64,000 bases of DNA from the human T2T-CHM13v2.0 reference genome, Homo sapiens: the NCBI RefSeq assembly GCF_009914755.1, contig NC_060927.1. One strand, written 5' to 3'. Positions 14,766-30,936 of this stretch are shown here, piece by piece. Under the pieces are notes generated by a model. The model searched no databases. It saw only the letters and a list, made by a program, of their open reading frames with translations, and was not told the origin of the DNA. How positions within the stretch are numbered: the stretch's first letter is position 1; every line of letters starts with the position of its first letter. Both the position numbers and the translations under genes were made by a program.

Positions 14766-15134
14766 AGCCATAATTCTTGTATTTGGAATCAGTCTAGTTC
14801 CCAAGAACTTCAGTTTGATGCTCTTCAAGTTCTACCTTCACTATAGGATGTGGTTTTCAAGATGAAAGTTACGACCCACCAATGGGTTTTGAAATAAATT
14901 TAGTAGGCCACAACCAGTATTTTTTTTAACAAAGGAATCGAATAGAAAAGAAAGTATCAGGATATATAACACATGGCAAGGATGATAATATGTAAAACTT
15001 TGGTTTCAAAGACAATATGTGTGTCTATTTATATATCTATTTCACACCATATATGCTGACCTACACACCTACATGTTTGTGTGTACTTGGTTATGATAAA
15101 AATTCATTAAATGATGGTAAAAAAAAGTTTGAAA

Positions 15135-16465
<1,331 letters not shown>

Positions 16466-17339
16466 CATTTGAAGGCTTGTGCTGTATGTTTTGAGCCATT
16501 CTAATGCCTGAATCACTTACAAAGAGATGCAGAGCGTGATGAAGCTAGTCTGTACTGGGAAAAGAAATGGCTAGAGCCAAAAAAAGAAAGGGACTTATGG
16601 AAGCAAACTCACAGTGGCTACTCTGCTCCCTACCATTGCCTCTGACGAGTTGAGGTCCCCAGGAGGTCTCCTCATACACATCGTTCTTCCCTGATTGCCT
16701 GTGAGATAACTCTTTCCTTTCTTTCCTATCTGTATACACAGCATGAGTTTCCATAAGCTAAATGGGACATAACATGATTGATTAACTAGGGGACATGTGT
16801 AGACCCTCTTCTGACCCATACAGAAGTAGAGTGTGTGGGCAGAGAGAAAGGCCTGTTGTGTAAGTGCCACAGCCTCTTTGTTGTGCTAAAAGCAATGGAA
16901 ATGTCTAAGAAGTATTGTGATGGCCTAAGACGTCATTCTTGAGCAAGAGCTAGATGGAATCACATGCCATATTTTTACGTTTACAATTTCAGTGTTCTAG
17001 CTATATACTTAAAACTATAAACAATGCTTTTGTTACAGAGATTCCTGCAGTCCCCATGCCCCTCTTTTTTTTGTTAACTGAAACAAAAGTATGTATAATG
17101 CTGTTTTTGTTAAAGTAAGGTTGCCTGGGCACACCACCCTCACATCATTGCAGAACGCACTAAACTAGAGCCTGCCGTCGTTTGGGCCAACCCAACGGAA
17201 TTGCTCTCCCTTGTAATCATAAGGACCTAAAACTGAACAGGTAACATACCCAACATCTCAGATTCATTATTTTTAATGTATTTTTTTTTTGGTAGCTTTG
17301 GCATGGGACAGTCACATCAAAGGTGCTTGTTATGACCTA

Positions 17340-18048
17340 AGCAATCATCATCAATAGCTGATAACATCCAAAGAGAGACACAACCAGACATTATGCACCT
17401 CCTGATTATAGTACAAAAGAATGCAAACTAAGTCTGCACAACCTCCAGCTCTAAGTACCAATGCCAAGGAAACACAGGAGAAAAGGAAACGTACTAAACC
17501 ATGTTATTATTGGAATGCCATTAACCAAAGCCAACATGTGGGAGACTACCAGACAAGAAGATTTAGTTCCTTTAACAGCATCAACAACACAGCAAACAGG
17601 GAAAAAGAGGATGGAGTTTTCATGCCTCAGGGATACTGAGGCAAATAAACTGTCAGTAAAGAAAAGAGAGCAAGGTAGAAAGAGGCTATTTATAGGAGAA
17701 TCAGGAAAATGTAAATACTAAATGAATATCTGATACTATTACAGAATTATTAATATTGGTTTTTAGGGAGCTGTGATGATTCTTAGGGAGGTGTCCTGAT
17801 GCTGCATAGTTGCTTTTAAAAAGGGCACTCTTTGTCTTTTACAGATCCACACTGAAACGTTTACTGATGAAATGCTCTCTAACATCTGGGATTTCCTTCA
17901 AAATTATCCGGGGCAGAGAGGGAGTGGGTACGGGCAGAGGAAATAACATAGGACATAAGTTGAAAATACTGAAGCTGAGTGAAGGGAGTTCATTGTAATA
18001 CACTCCACACTTTGGTATATGTTTGAAATTTTGCCTAATAAAAAAAAT
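17340..18048 (+). mobile_element. Old L1 (L1MC/ME) 3' fragment
   Basis: ctgggatttccttcaaaat...gtatatgtttgaaattttgcctaataaaa. Confidence 0.6.
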
Positions 18049-18199
18049 TCAGTGTCTATTTTACAGATGTATTTGTCATTTCAACAAACATATGTTGAAA
18101 TCATGTTGCACATTAGGGATTGGAGACATATACACAAATTAGCATTCCGGCCAGACTGCTTATCATTACTTCTTATTTCCTGTTTGTAAGATGCCATTC

Positions 18200-18508
18200 G
18201 TCTGGGCAAGGTAGCACATGCTTGTAATCCCAGATTTTTGGGAGGCTGCAGTGGGACCATCACTAGAGGTTAGCACTTGGAGACCAGCCTGGGCAACATA
18301 GGGAGACATCATCTCTACAAAAATAAAAGTAAAAAAAATTAGCCAGGTGTGGTATCATGTGCCTATAGACCCAGCTACTCAGGAGGATGAGGTGGGAGGG
18401 TCCCTTGAGCCCAGGAGTTCAAGGCTGCAGTGAGCTAAGAAGATGCCAGTGCGCTCCTCCCTGGGTGGCAGAGCGAGAACCTGTCTCTACAAAATAAAAT
18501 AAAATAAA
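18200..18508 (+). mobile_element. AluJ
   Basis: Diverged dimer; ttgagcccaggagttcaaggctgcagtgagc; (TAAAA)n tail. Confidence 0.9.
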
Positions 18509-19444
18509 ATGTCATTTATTTTAAGACACACAATTATATTAATTGCAGCTTTTGAAGTATCCCGAAGGTCAATGCTCACTTGGAGTGGGAGAGGGGAAAA
18601 AAAGCCCACCATATTAAAATTAAACATTGATTTTGAGACACATTCTAATTTCAGACTATCCAAACTATATATCTTTAGATCAAGGAAGAATGGTGATTCT
18701 TACTTTCTTTTGGCTCTATGGTAAGTATCTGGTTGTAAAGTCTGAGGGCATCCTAAGGGAAAATATTGTGTCCAGTGTAACTGTGGTTTTGATCCTATAG
18801 TTTTTTCTTTCTTTTTTTTTTCTTCAGTGTGTCAGAATCTAGCTATCAAGTTGAAATAGGTTAATCTGATCTTATCACCAGCAGACGCATCTCAGTCATC
18901 TGGAAGAAAGTGCTGTTACAAGAAGTAACTCTGGGTATGCGCTTCAGGAATGCAGTTGTGGAAACCATGTTTGCGGCTGCTTTAAACTGTTTCCCAGGAG
19001 TCAAGGAAAATTCAACAATCTGAGACCAAAAAGGTATCTTCGGCACAGTCTTCCTTGGCACAGCCGTGGAGAACAGAGCCAGGGCTTTGAGTCAGAGGAA
19101 TTGGGTTGAAACCTGCCTGTATTGGTTGCAACCTGGTGACCTTGGATATCCTTTTTATTCTCTGAGCCTTATATACCCCCTGGATAAAATATATCTGATG
19201 AAACCTGCTGTTGCATGTTCTGGGATTTAAATGAATAACACCGTACCTAAAGCATTTGGTGCAGGGTTAGGACGTGTAGAAGCTTAAGTTGTTATTCTTC
19301 TTCTTAACATTTTCCTGGAACTCCGGTGAGGCTCCCCGAGCATGGGACTTTTTAGCTCCGTCTGACGACTGATCCCTGCAGTTAACTGATCATTCTACAA
19401 AGCCACCATTTGCTGAATCCATTGCCAAAGAATCGATACAGGTG

Positions 19445-19806
19445 ATATCTCAGCCCAAGCTGCTATATCAAAATACTATTGACTGAGTGGCTTAAGCCAC
19501 AGACATTTATTTCTTACAGTTGTGGAGGCTGGGAAGCCCAAGATGAAAGTGCTGGCAGATCCTGTGTCTAGTGAGGGCTGTCTTCCTGGTTGGCAGATAG
19601 CCGTCTTCTTGCTGTATCCTCGCATGGTGGAGAGAGAGATCTCATGTTTCTCCATTTCTTTAATGAGGGCATTCAGCCCATCATGAGGGCCCCACCCTCA
19701 CCCTCATGACTTAATCTAACCCAGCCCCTACCTCCAAGTACCATGAGGGTTAGGGTTTCAGCATATAAATTGAGGGGAGGAAGACACAAACACTTAGTCT
19801 ATAGCA
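19445..19806 (-). mobile_element. MaLR LTR (MLT1A/MST-like)
   Basis: gctgctata...acatttatttcttacagttgtggaggctgggaag...tatagca. Confidence 0.75.
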
Positions 19807-20023
19807 GGTGAATTGGCTGCTTCCATCCTGGCTTGGAACTTCAGACATAGAAGCCTTGGGACTTTCTCAGGACTTTCTCCAGATCTGACTCATGCTCAGC
19901 AAACAAGCATCTCTGTGGATCACGTGACCTTAGCCAGGGATGTTGGTGAAACTGTGTGTTGGTCTAGGTACCTAGCCCATGCTAGGTGCTCATCGAATAG
20001 CTTTAGTGGGTGACTGTGACTGA

Positions 20024-20425
<402 letters not shown>

Positions 20426-22960
20426 TGATATTTGCGCCCTGGCGGAGCAGTCTCAGTTCCACTTCTGAGCTGGGATGAGTATTTAGCTCCTTCCCCATCT
20501 GATGCGAACTAGGCAACACTACAGAGCCAGAGGCAGAAAACAGGAGGGCTTCTCACCTGTCCTTGTCCATGAATAGCCAGTGCTCTGCTGAGGACTCCAG
20601 GAACCCACTCTTCATGATCAGCCTCAATTGGCAGTGGCCATCTCCTCTGGCAGCAAGCACAAGTGGACTTCTCTTCCTGCCCACATCTGCTAGATGAGGG
20701 TGACCCTCTGGAGAGAGGCTGGGAGAAGCTAGCCAGCCTGTAACCAGTGGGCTAGTGTGTGTACATATTGTATGCATGCTGGGGGACAGAAGAGGGTGTG
20801 GGGAAGGGCAACTTGCTTTCCCCAGGTGAAGGAGTAAGGAAATGTTTCCTTCCCAACCTTCTTTCTAGACCAGCTAATACTCCAGTTTCACCCTTTGGGC
20901 AAGTCATTTATCTGTCTGAGCCTGAACTTCCTCATGTATATGAAAGATGGAGAAGACCATTGTAGAAATTCATGTTATTAGTATTCCAAGCAAAAGAGCT
21001 AAAGGTTGGTCTCTCAAATTCCTACCCCTTTGAAGACCGATGGATAAGATTCTTTAAGTTTGCTGCAGGTGATTAACTATGCAAGGGCTAAAGACAGCAG
21101 AACTCTTGCCAAAGTAGCGTGCCACGGTAATTCTGCCATGACCTATGTAAGCAGAAATGGGTGGATAAATAGTTGCAGACTATCTACAGATTTCCGTCTT
21201 CCAAGTCTTCCAGGCAGAGGCTACAAAATAAAATACCCTTAAGAGCCAGGCAGGTAATGAGAATGAGTGGTGCATGCCGGGGGTTTGCATAGTAAATATT
21301 AGCACTATTCCTTGCTTCCACAAAGGCGCTTTCTGCACTTGCTGGTAAAACACACAGTCCTCTGGGTATATGTTTTGTTTTCTCACATTTTGTAGATTCA
21401 TGAGCACAGAGAAATATTTCTGCACTACAAGCAAAACACTAAAATATAGGCTGAAGTAGCAACAGTGGAAGGAGCCCTGGAGAATTGGGAAGCATGTACT
21501 CTACCCAAAGAGGACCTAAGCTGTGCAACTCCAGCTCACCGTTCAGGGAGGGGAGTAATGTGGGCCCAGTGTAGCCAGAACCTCTACTTCTTTATTTAAA
21601 AGAAGCTGGAAATCCAGATTTTTAAAAACGTAGAGTCTCCTGCTTTTGCTGTTTTTCTTTTTCTTCTTTTTCCCTTTTAATGGTGCACATGTATTTTTTA
21701 AAACTTTGTGCACACGAAATAAAACCCACCTCCTGGTGGCCTGTCTGCCTCTTACCTTCCACATACCACACTGAATTTTGAAGGGTTCTCGCTGAATTGC
21801 TCCAAATCTGACATTCTGGGTAACCCTCCTCATGCAGCTGGGAGCCTTTGGAATCTTCACAACCAGGAGGGCTGTGTCTTTGACCTTGATTTAGGCCTTG
21901 TGTCTTCAGGGCATGCCAAGGGGCCGGTGCAGGCTGGACAGAGGTGTGATCTCCTTTTCTCAGCATAATTTCCTTCCTGGGGTCTTCATATCGCCCTGAG
22001 GCAGGAGCTGGGGTGCTGGCTCCTTCTGAAGGTCGCTTTTCTGGCCTTTGCCTGGGTGGAGATTAGAGAAGAAAGGTGATCCTGGAAACCTGACCAGCTT
22101 CCCGAGAGAGATGATAGGAGAATAGCGCTGGGTGAGCCATTGAGACATCTGGGCCAAGTCCTTCATTTTACAGACAAACAAGCTGAGATGCAGGAAGCCA
22201 CAGCATCTTATCTGGGTCCCCAGTTCATCAGCAACAGCTAAGGGGTGAGATCCCATGTTTCCCACCCCACAACCCGATGCTTCATCCACTGTGCTTTTTG
22301 GCCTCTGCCTCCACCAAGTACACTCAGCCCCTCCCAGCCATCTCTGGAGTTTAGTTGGGATTTGAACTGACTGAATGATGGGACTTTAGTACTAAGCCTG
22401 GGGACCTAGGCAAGGCCAGAGGAAAAGCTGACGAAGGGAGAGGAAGAATCAGAAACACTCATTTTCCTCTGGCTGTGAGCAGAATTCACCTGAGATGCAC
22501 CCGGAAACGGGTCTGTTGCTTATTTTGTCACCAGGGTCTGGGGTTGCCCATGTCCACAGAGCCTATCAGGTCATGAGGGACAGACCTAGCAGTAGCATTT
22601 CCATGGCTCTCTACCAATTTTCACTGGTCCGTTGCTTGATATTCAAATGAGCACCTTTCTCACTGCCAGTGAAGGGGCTGCTCCCCTGTGGAAGGTATCC
22701 TGACAGGGAAAGCTTGGCTTAAAGAATTGCTTGTCCTGTGATTTCTGACCTATGATTTGCTATTTAATCCTAAGTAGCTATTTTTTTAATCAAAAGTTTC
22801 AAGTTTCTCCCAACACCACCCTTTAAAAAAAAACTGTTAAGAAATGGGGAAATGTGTGGATTTAATTTTTTTTGTTTTCCTGCTTATGACTGGGGGGGAA
22901 GAATGTATAACATTTGTTGAGCTTCTAGTTATATTCTGCTAGGCCCTTTTATATACATTA

Positions 22961-23291
<331 letters not shown>

Positions 23292-26119
23292 TTCAGGATG
23301 TATGTATTACTATTTTAAAAAATGTCCTATGTAATAAATGAGGGGATCAAGGTTCAGAGAAAGTAAGAAATTTACTAAATTTATATACCCCATCTTGGAG
23401 GGACTGTGTCTGATCCTGACTGTATTCTTCGGCCTTGCATAGCGCCCAGCACAGAAGAAATGCTCAATAAATAGCTTCTGATAATGTTATTTCCAGGGTA
23501 AGAGAGCCAGTAAATGATGAGCCTTTCATGAAAGATTTAAAAAAAAACACACCAAAAAAACCTTGTGAGATGAAGAAAAGAAAGACATTTGCATCAGTAA
23601 TAGTGAAAGAAGAAATTACTTTGATTTGTAGACCATCGCATCTTTCTTTCAAGGATTTGGCTTTATTTGGCGTGGTATCTCACTTGTCTTTTCACCAGTC
23701 CTGGCAACATTCCTGACAAGTGAGAGGAAGTGAGACAAGAAATGATACAGTAAGGGCCAAGTACGCAACTCCAGGGCCAGGCATAGTCATTGCCTGCTTG
23801 GGCCCCACTTCCTTCCTGCACCCCCGGGGTCATCAAAGCACACTCTCTCTTCAGATTCCTCTGGAGACAGGGGTTTCTGCCTCTTACCCCATCCCCTTCA
23901 CCTGGGAGAGAACTGTCACTAAACTCAGCAAGGAAGACTTTCTCACCTTGGGTTTTCAGTTAATGGGGGTAGACACAAAACAACTAAGGACATTGACTGC
24001 GGTAAGGTATTTAGACAAAGCAGGTAGAAACAACCCCTGACCCCCAATCTATCTTCCCCACATCTGACCTTTAATGTGTACTAAACAAATTTAGTTGAAA
24101 AGAAGCAAAACCTTAAGTAAACATTTTGCTGCACATTTATGTATTGCTTTTATTGTCAGAAAAAAAATAACACCACATTGATACTTTTAGCTATAGTTCT
24201 AGATACAAGCTTTGCTTATATTAACCCAAAATGGTATGTTTGCATCAGAATCACAGAGTAAGAGTTATAGAAGTGGCTTTACAGTCACAATTCTTCTAGA
24301 AGATTTCTGTACTCCAACTGGAGATCTATAGACCTGTCCACTGCAGGGCAATGGGAAGTTTGCATGAGACTCCTAAACACACACCCCTACCGCTACCCAT
24401 CTTGAAAGCTTGTGTGAGACACAGAAGTCTTGATTAAATGCAGATGACAGTGTCCTGAGTTGATTTTTCTCATTTAACATTAGACTGTCTTGATTTAAGT
24501 AGCTCAGTAAGAAGTGAGACATAATTGGGTCTTGCTTTTAATTAAACATAGACATATATTTATTTATTTACTAGTACCATTGAGATACTGCTTAATTTTC
24601 ATTAATGCTGTTGACTTTTTCTCTCCTTAGAACAACATTCTTGTTAATCGTGCGGCTGCAATTAGTTGTCCTGTGTTTATCTTTCCGGCTCCACAGCTAA
24701 TTCCAGCGTAGAACCAATTTATTTATAGTTTTCACTGCTCAGAACATCCTACCCACTGAAAATTCACTGATAATGCCATAACTCAGAGTGTCCTTTTATT
24801 TCTGGGTGGAAGGAAGCAAGGGATTGGTTTGGAGGCAGAAGCGAGAGGGAGGTATCAATAAGATCCTCTTCATTCGGTAGCATAGAACGGCAATGTTCCT
24901 AATGAAGGACACAAACATACGCTTTCTGATAGAATCATGATGCTGGTTTTGGCTCTCTGCATCACTTTCAGTTCCCTCAGAGGCAGACCACAGCCTAAGA
25001 AAGAACTCTAGTATAGTTATTACATTCCTAAACACCAAACAAACATAAACAGGGAAGCATCTTTTAGTGGAATGTGACATGCTGATTCACCACACCTCTG
25101 GCCAAGTTGGGAGTCAGGAGCTAAACTGCCCACATATTAGGACAGTTTAGGTTCCCTTTCTATGGAAAATGTATACTTCTGTAAGCATTAAAGGCTTAAT
25201 AGAAAACCATGCCTTAAAATGGACTTGGGGCCTTTAATCAGGCTCTCTTAAAGCAAGTTTCTGCGCTCCACTCGAAGGACTTAGGCCAGTTAGCCTCGCG
25301 TGGTGTTTTATTCCTGCTTGAACTGGGCACCATCCGTGGCCATATGAGTAGGTGGAGAAGAGGTAAATAGAAGCCACTTCCAATTCACAGCATGTCACCA
25401 GCTGCCTTTTCTGCGTTCCGCAGCCACTCAGGAGGACTGATGGAACAAGGACTCTAATCATTTTAGAGAAGAGAGCAGGCTGATTACAGTATAAACCTAA
25501 GCCTTTCAAAACCCCCGACTGAAATACTTCCATTTGCTAAATAATATTTACTAGGCCTCAATATTTTCAACAACCATCTTCACTCCCAAATACTTGGATT
25601 TAGTTTCTGCTGGTTATTAGCCTAAAGACAGCTCTAAGTTCTTAATCATATTCTTTCTGGTGTGATTGGAGAGCCTGCTCTTAACATATTTTCAGAGGTC
25701 TTGAGAATCTGTCACTGACGTGAATAAATAAATGAATGAGCTGAGTGATGTTGGCAGGAGGCACGGGGTCCCAAAGCCTCTGTGTGTGCTACAGGAGTGG
25801 GATCCTTTCCTTCCACCTTCTTTGCATTCCAGGAAAGGGCAAATAGGATTACCCAATGCCAAATGTCACCTTCTGTCCTCTGCTTTCATTAAGGAACCGG
25901 AGGGTGGCCTAACATGAATATTGTGCTTGGAATGAACATGTCTGCAACTTAGCTGCACTTGTTATATTATTTTATATTCTTAGTCATTTTGTGTCCTGTT
26001 TGCTTCTTTGCCAATAACCCAGCATAGGAAAATAAATATTCCAGCATATGTTATGTTCATCGCTAGACTGTGTCATGGTAAGCTTTTTCCACCTTGGCCA
26101 AAGTATAATAAGAGGAAAA

Positions 26120-26335
26120 AGATAAACAGCTTACACATATTGAGAACTTACATTGAGCCAGGCACCATGCTACCCACCTGACATGCTTTCTCTCATTTAA
26201 TCTCCATTTTACACATGAAGACATTGAGGCACAGAGAAGTCAGGTTACGTGCACAAGGTCACACAGGTGGGGAAGTGCAGGCTGGGGCACTCGGCTCTGT
26301 GCACATTGCCTCTCTTCTAAGTGCCTGCACTGACA
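26120..26335 (-). mobile_element. MIR
   Basis: tcatttaatctccattttacacatgaagacattgaggcacagaga...aaggtcacacag. Confidence 0.7.
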
Positions 26336-27639
26336 GCCAATGCTTTTCATCAGGTGCTCAGAAGAGATGAAACCTAGGAGCACAGGAAGCACCTCTACTC
26401 CATGGAAAAAGAAGCAATTATCAGAAAACATCGAAGCTTCTGTGGCTGTCTTTCAAGGGCAAGAATAAATGCGGTGAACTATCCTTGAAGGCACTAATAA
26501 CTGGGCTGCTGAACACCACCACGGCGATTATTGTTTTCCGGGCTGACACTCGGCCGGTTTTTTCTCCTTTTTACTTTCAGGCTAATAATTAGATTTAAAT
26601 CCGTGACAGGACTCTAACCATCACCTCAGGGGGTTCTAGATTTCTTTACTATTGCTTGCAAAGATTTCATTTTAAAAAAGCCCTTTGAAACTATAAGTAA
26701 GTTACACTAGCAACAGCTTTTAAAAAAATCTATTATCTTATTGAGTCTTTTGAAGAACATATGCTGCTCTCTCCCTCCTAACCTTGAGAGACCAACCCTT
26801 ATTTTTATCTCCAATTTGAAGAATAAAAAATGCCCAGGAGGACGAGTGAAGGCAGAGTCATAAAATGTGGTTTTCACCAGCACTGATGTCACTGCCAGGT
26901 TGATTTGGACAGCCCTCGGAATGTGTTGAATCAGGAATTTCGTTTCGTTTTTTGATTACAAAAATTTTTTCCTATGTATAGTGAAAATTATTACGGTGGC
27001 TTTGCTTCTCAGGGGTTGAGGAGAAAGAACTGTTCTTTATATGAGTAAATGACGCTCTTGACCTCTGTGGCAGGTTGCTTTGAGCAAGGCAGTTAGAGGC
27101 GAGGTTTCGCAGAGCGCATTTTACCCACCACAGCCCTGCTCTCCTCGGATGCCCATGCCGATGGGCGAGTGCACTCACCTGGCTGTGACCGTGGAACGCC
27201 GCTTTTCTCAGTGTGAAGACACCTGGCCCAAACAGGGCACTTTAAACCCTTTGAGGAATAAGATGGAGTCATATAAATAAGTAACTGGCTCAGGTGAGGA
27301 CCCACTGGCAACCTGGCCTCATTAGCACTGTTAAAGCAACAGAGTCGTCTCCCTGGAGGCTCTGTCACACACGAAACATCTGTTCTGGGGCCTTTCTGTC
27401 ACCTTATGACTGCTCTGGAGAATCCCAGTTGCTTCTGAGGAGAAGACAGAGAGCCTGTTGGTCTCCGTACTGAGTCTGATCTATCCACACAATAAAGAAA
27501 AACAATTCTACCCAGAGGCCCTAGGATAAGCTGTGGGAAACTAGTCCAGCCAAGCCCTTCAGCGAAGGTTTTTCTGGAAGAATGTATTTAATACTTTTCC
27601 AGAGATATAAAAAGAATACAAGAATATTTAATTTTACTT

Positions 27640-27994
<355 letters not shown>

Positions 27995-28822
27995 TCAGTA
28001 TAACTTCAAGGATAATTCTTTTAGGCAATTAATAAATGCCCCATCTTCTATCATCATCAACTTAAAGCAGAAAGGTTCCATAATTTTCTGACAACTTTCC
28101 TTGAGCAGAAATGAGAAAAACTGATTTTTGTGGATGTTTTCAAACATATTCCCGCACAGGATCCATGGTAATCTTTTCTGTTCCATGGAGTAATAGTCGT
28201 TAGCAGACAATTCCCACTGATAGCTAGGCATATAGCTAAAGACAGGAAGAGACATGGGCTCTACTGAATCCATGATAATCAAATTTAAAAACCTAAGATA
28301 TGTATCTAACCAATTCAATTGTGAGAAGTGAATACTTGATAGTATTGCAATAAACAAAGGTTTACTCAGGTTACCAAACATATAGAACTTGCACAAGTGA
28401 CAATTATAAACATCACATTCCAAAAACGTTTGGTTGAGCTGTGGATGGAAACTTCCCAGAGAATAAGGAGCATTCCTAGAATGAGCTGCCTGGGAGGCAG
28501 GGGCTGGAGGCAGCCGCCACAGGGCTCTCATCCCATGTGGTGGGGCCGCTAGTCCTACAACTGCTGGAGGAGGAGGCTGCAATGGTAGGGAGAGCAAAGG
28601 TTCCAGTTGTTCCCAGTTAGCATGCCAGAGACATATTTCCCCACAGAATCTGTGACATATATGATGACTGGTAGAGACACAGGACACAGGTCCTGTGGAC
28701 CTGTGCAGGTCCACTCTGCCCACAGTGCAGCTTAACTACAACACCCTCCACAAACAGTATTTTTAATAAAAATGAGCAAAACTTAGAGAGCTCCATGAAA
28801 GACATATTCCATGCTTTGTTAT

Positions 28823-29122
28823 TTTAATTATTATTATTATTTTTTGAGAAAGGGTCTCGCTCTGTCTCCCAGGCTGGAGTGCAGTGCTGTGATCATGGCT
28901 TCCTGCAGCCTCTATCCAGGGCTCAACCGATCCTTCCACCTCAGCCTCTCAAGTAACTGAGACTATGGGTGCCCACCAGCACCTCCAGCTATTTTTTGTA
29001 TTTTTTGTAGAGACAGGATTTTGCCACATTGCCCAGGCTGGTCTCAAATTCCTGGCTTCAAGCAATCCACCCACCTTGGCCTCCCTAAGTGCTGGGATTA
29101 TAGGCGTGAGGAAGTGTCTGGC
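28823..29122 (-). mobile_element. AluJ
   Basis: Diverged antisense dimer with an (ATT)n tail. Confidence 0.9.
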
Positions 29123-30339
29123 ATGTGTTATAAACAATACATTAAAATTTTTCAAATAATCCATTTGTTTAGAAAGTCAAACCACTTACAGGCTGTTAGT
29201 TTAATCTTGAAGAATTTCTTAGGCAACCCAGAGAAAATTAGGAAGCAACATTATAGTTTTGTTTTTTATTAAGGGAGGCCTATGATCAGATAAGATTATT
29301 TTCAGTAGAGGCTTCCAGAAAGCCTGTCCATTAAGTGAGCAATGGTAGCAATATTGCAGTCTGGCTTCAAAACTGACATAAAATTGCTGTCTTTAGACTT
29401 ACAAATCAATTCTGTCCAAACTGGACTTCTTACCAAGCATTTCTCATCATCCAGATTTGGAAAATATGCCTAGTCTTTCACAACTGGCTATCATCAGAGC
29501 TGAAAAGTTGCTGCCTGCTATTCAAGTGATTAAATAAATACTTGCTAAGTATATAAGAGTTCTAATCATTAAGTCCATTATTCTATATAGTCATAGATAC
29601 ATAAAATAACCAGGCCAAGTATCCATAACTTAGGGGTAAATACTTCATTTCCCTCTGATTTGGTGAATGGGTACTTAGTATGAAGCTTACAAAAAATAAA
29701 GATTACTTCTAACACCAAACACTGCCAATTGGGCTTAAATCTCTGAGCCACTGGTAAAACCATGTCTTACCTGCGTAGTGTTACCATATCCATTATTTTC
29801 TAAAGCTATCAAAGCTAAGGCCTTGAGGCAGAAAGGTGCTGCACCAAAATGAAATTCAGTTGCGTTTGGAAGCCTACCCCTCCGTGGGAGTTCAATCAGG
29901 TTGAGTACAGTTCTGTGCTGCACAGAGCAGCTTTCAGTGCAGGAGGCAGGCCATTAAATGCTTTCTGAACTCCATTAGTTACCCCTGCTGAGAGTGAAAA
30001 GTTCTCGTAAGTGCATAAAATTTAAATTGCCTATGAGGTAAGAACGAGACGGTATTTTGCTGCCAAATATTATTGTCTGTTCAAATGGTCTACGATCACA
30101 CATATAATGCAGAATCATAGAGTACAGACCTGAAGGAATGAAGCGTTGACTAGGAATACTGTGCCCCAAATCAAATGACATCTCATCATCTGGAAAGACC
30201 CCCAGAGTTTTCTTCAGGTGAACTTCCCCCCGGCCTGGCACCTCCAGCCAGGTACATGTGCTCAGATGGAGCCCAGCACCTCCACTCCAGTCTAGACTCG
30301 GGACTCAGCCAGGCCCGATCAGAGCGCCAGAGACACTTG

Positions 30340-30880
30340 GCCTCAGTGACTGAAGGAGGCATGGCACGTGACCCAGTCAGAGCACCGAGGTGAGGTGCAA
30401 CCCAAGGTGGACAGGACTATTAAGAGAGAGACATGCGCTCTTTTTTACCCCTCTACTCTCCCTGAACCTGGAAGAAAATGGGTTTGGGATTGCAGCTTGC
30501 CATTTGCCATCACAGGAACCTGGGAGAGTAAAGCCACACGAAGGACAGTGAAGCTGAGAACTGGCAAGATATTGTGTCCTTATGACACTTTTTGGAGGCC
30601 CAGGATCCAGCTGTGTGTCTGAATTTTCAGGTTATGTTAGCCAATAGATCCCATTTTTCTTAGATTTAAGTTTTCTTTCACTTGTAATCAATAGTCCTAA
30701 CTGATAATTAAAATGGAGAACCATACATTTCAGTCTTGAAGAGACTTATCTCATTCTACAGGCAGAGACGGACACTGAGATCCAGGGAAGTAGCTTTCCC
30801 AGGTCCTCTGCTAGCTGGTAGTGTAGCCAGGACTAGCACCCAGGTCTCCTGCTTTCTCATGTGATGTTTTCACTGCACCA
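30340..30880. mobile_element. MLT1J/K-like LTR fragment followed by MIR
   Basis: ggatccagctgtg...tcacttgtaatcaatagtcctaactgata; ccaggactagcacccaggtctcctg. Confidence 0.55.
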
Positions 30881-30930
30881 TGGAGAAAATTAAAAAATAA
30901 TTATGAAACACATTGGACTGATTTAAAACT

Positions 30931-30936
30931 TTTAAT
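30931..30936 (-). terminator. CD47: Most distal poly(A) signal ATTAAA (long UTR end near 30910)
   Basis: ATTAAA followed about 20 nt later by TGTGTTT and a U-rich tract; MIR/MaLR repeats begin just beyond. Confidence 0.75.

Noticed and set aside
13392-14865. Cluster of overlapping ORFs and a CpG-island-like stretch
   Set aside because: Entirely inside the SVA (VNTR, Alu-like and SINE-R parts).
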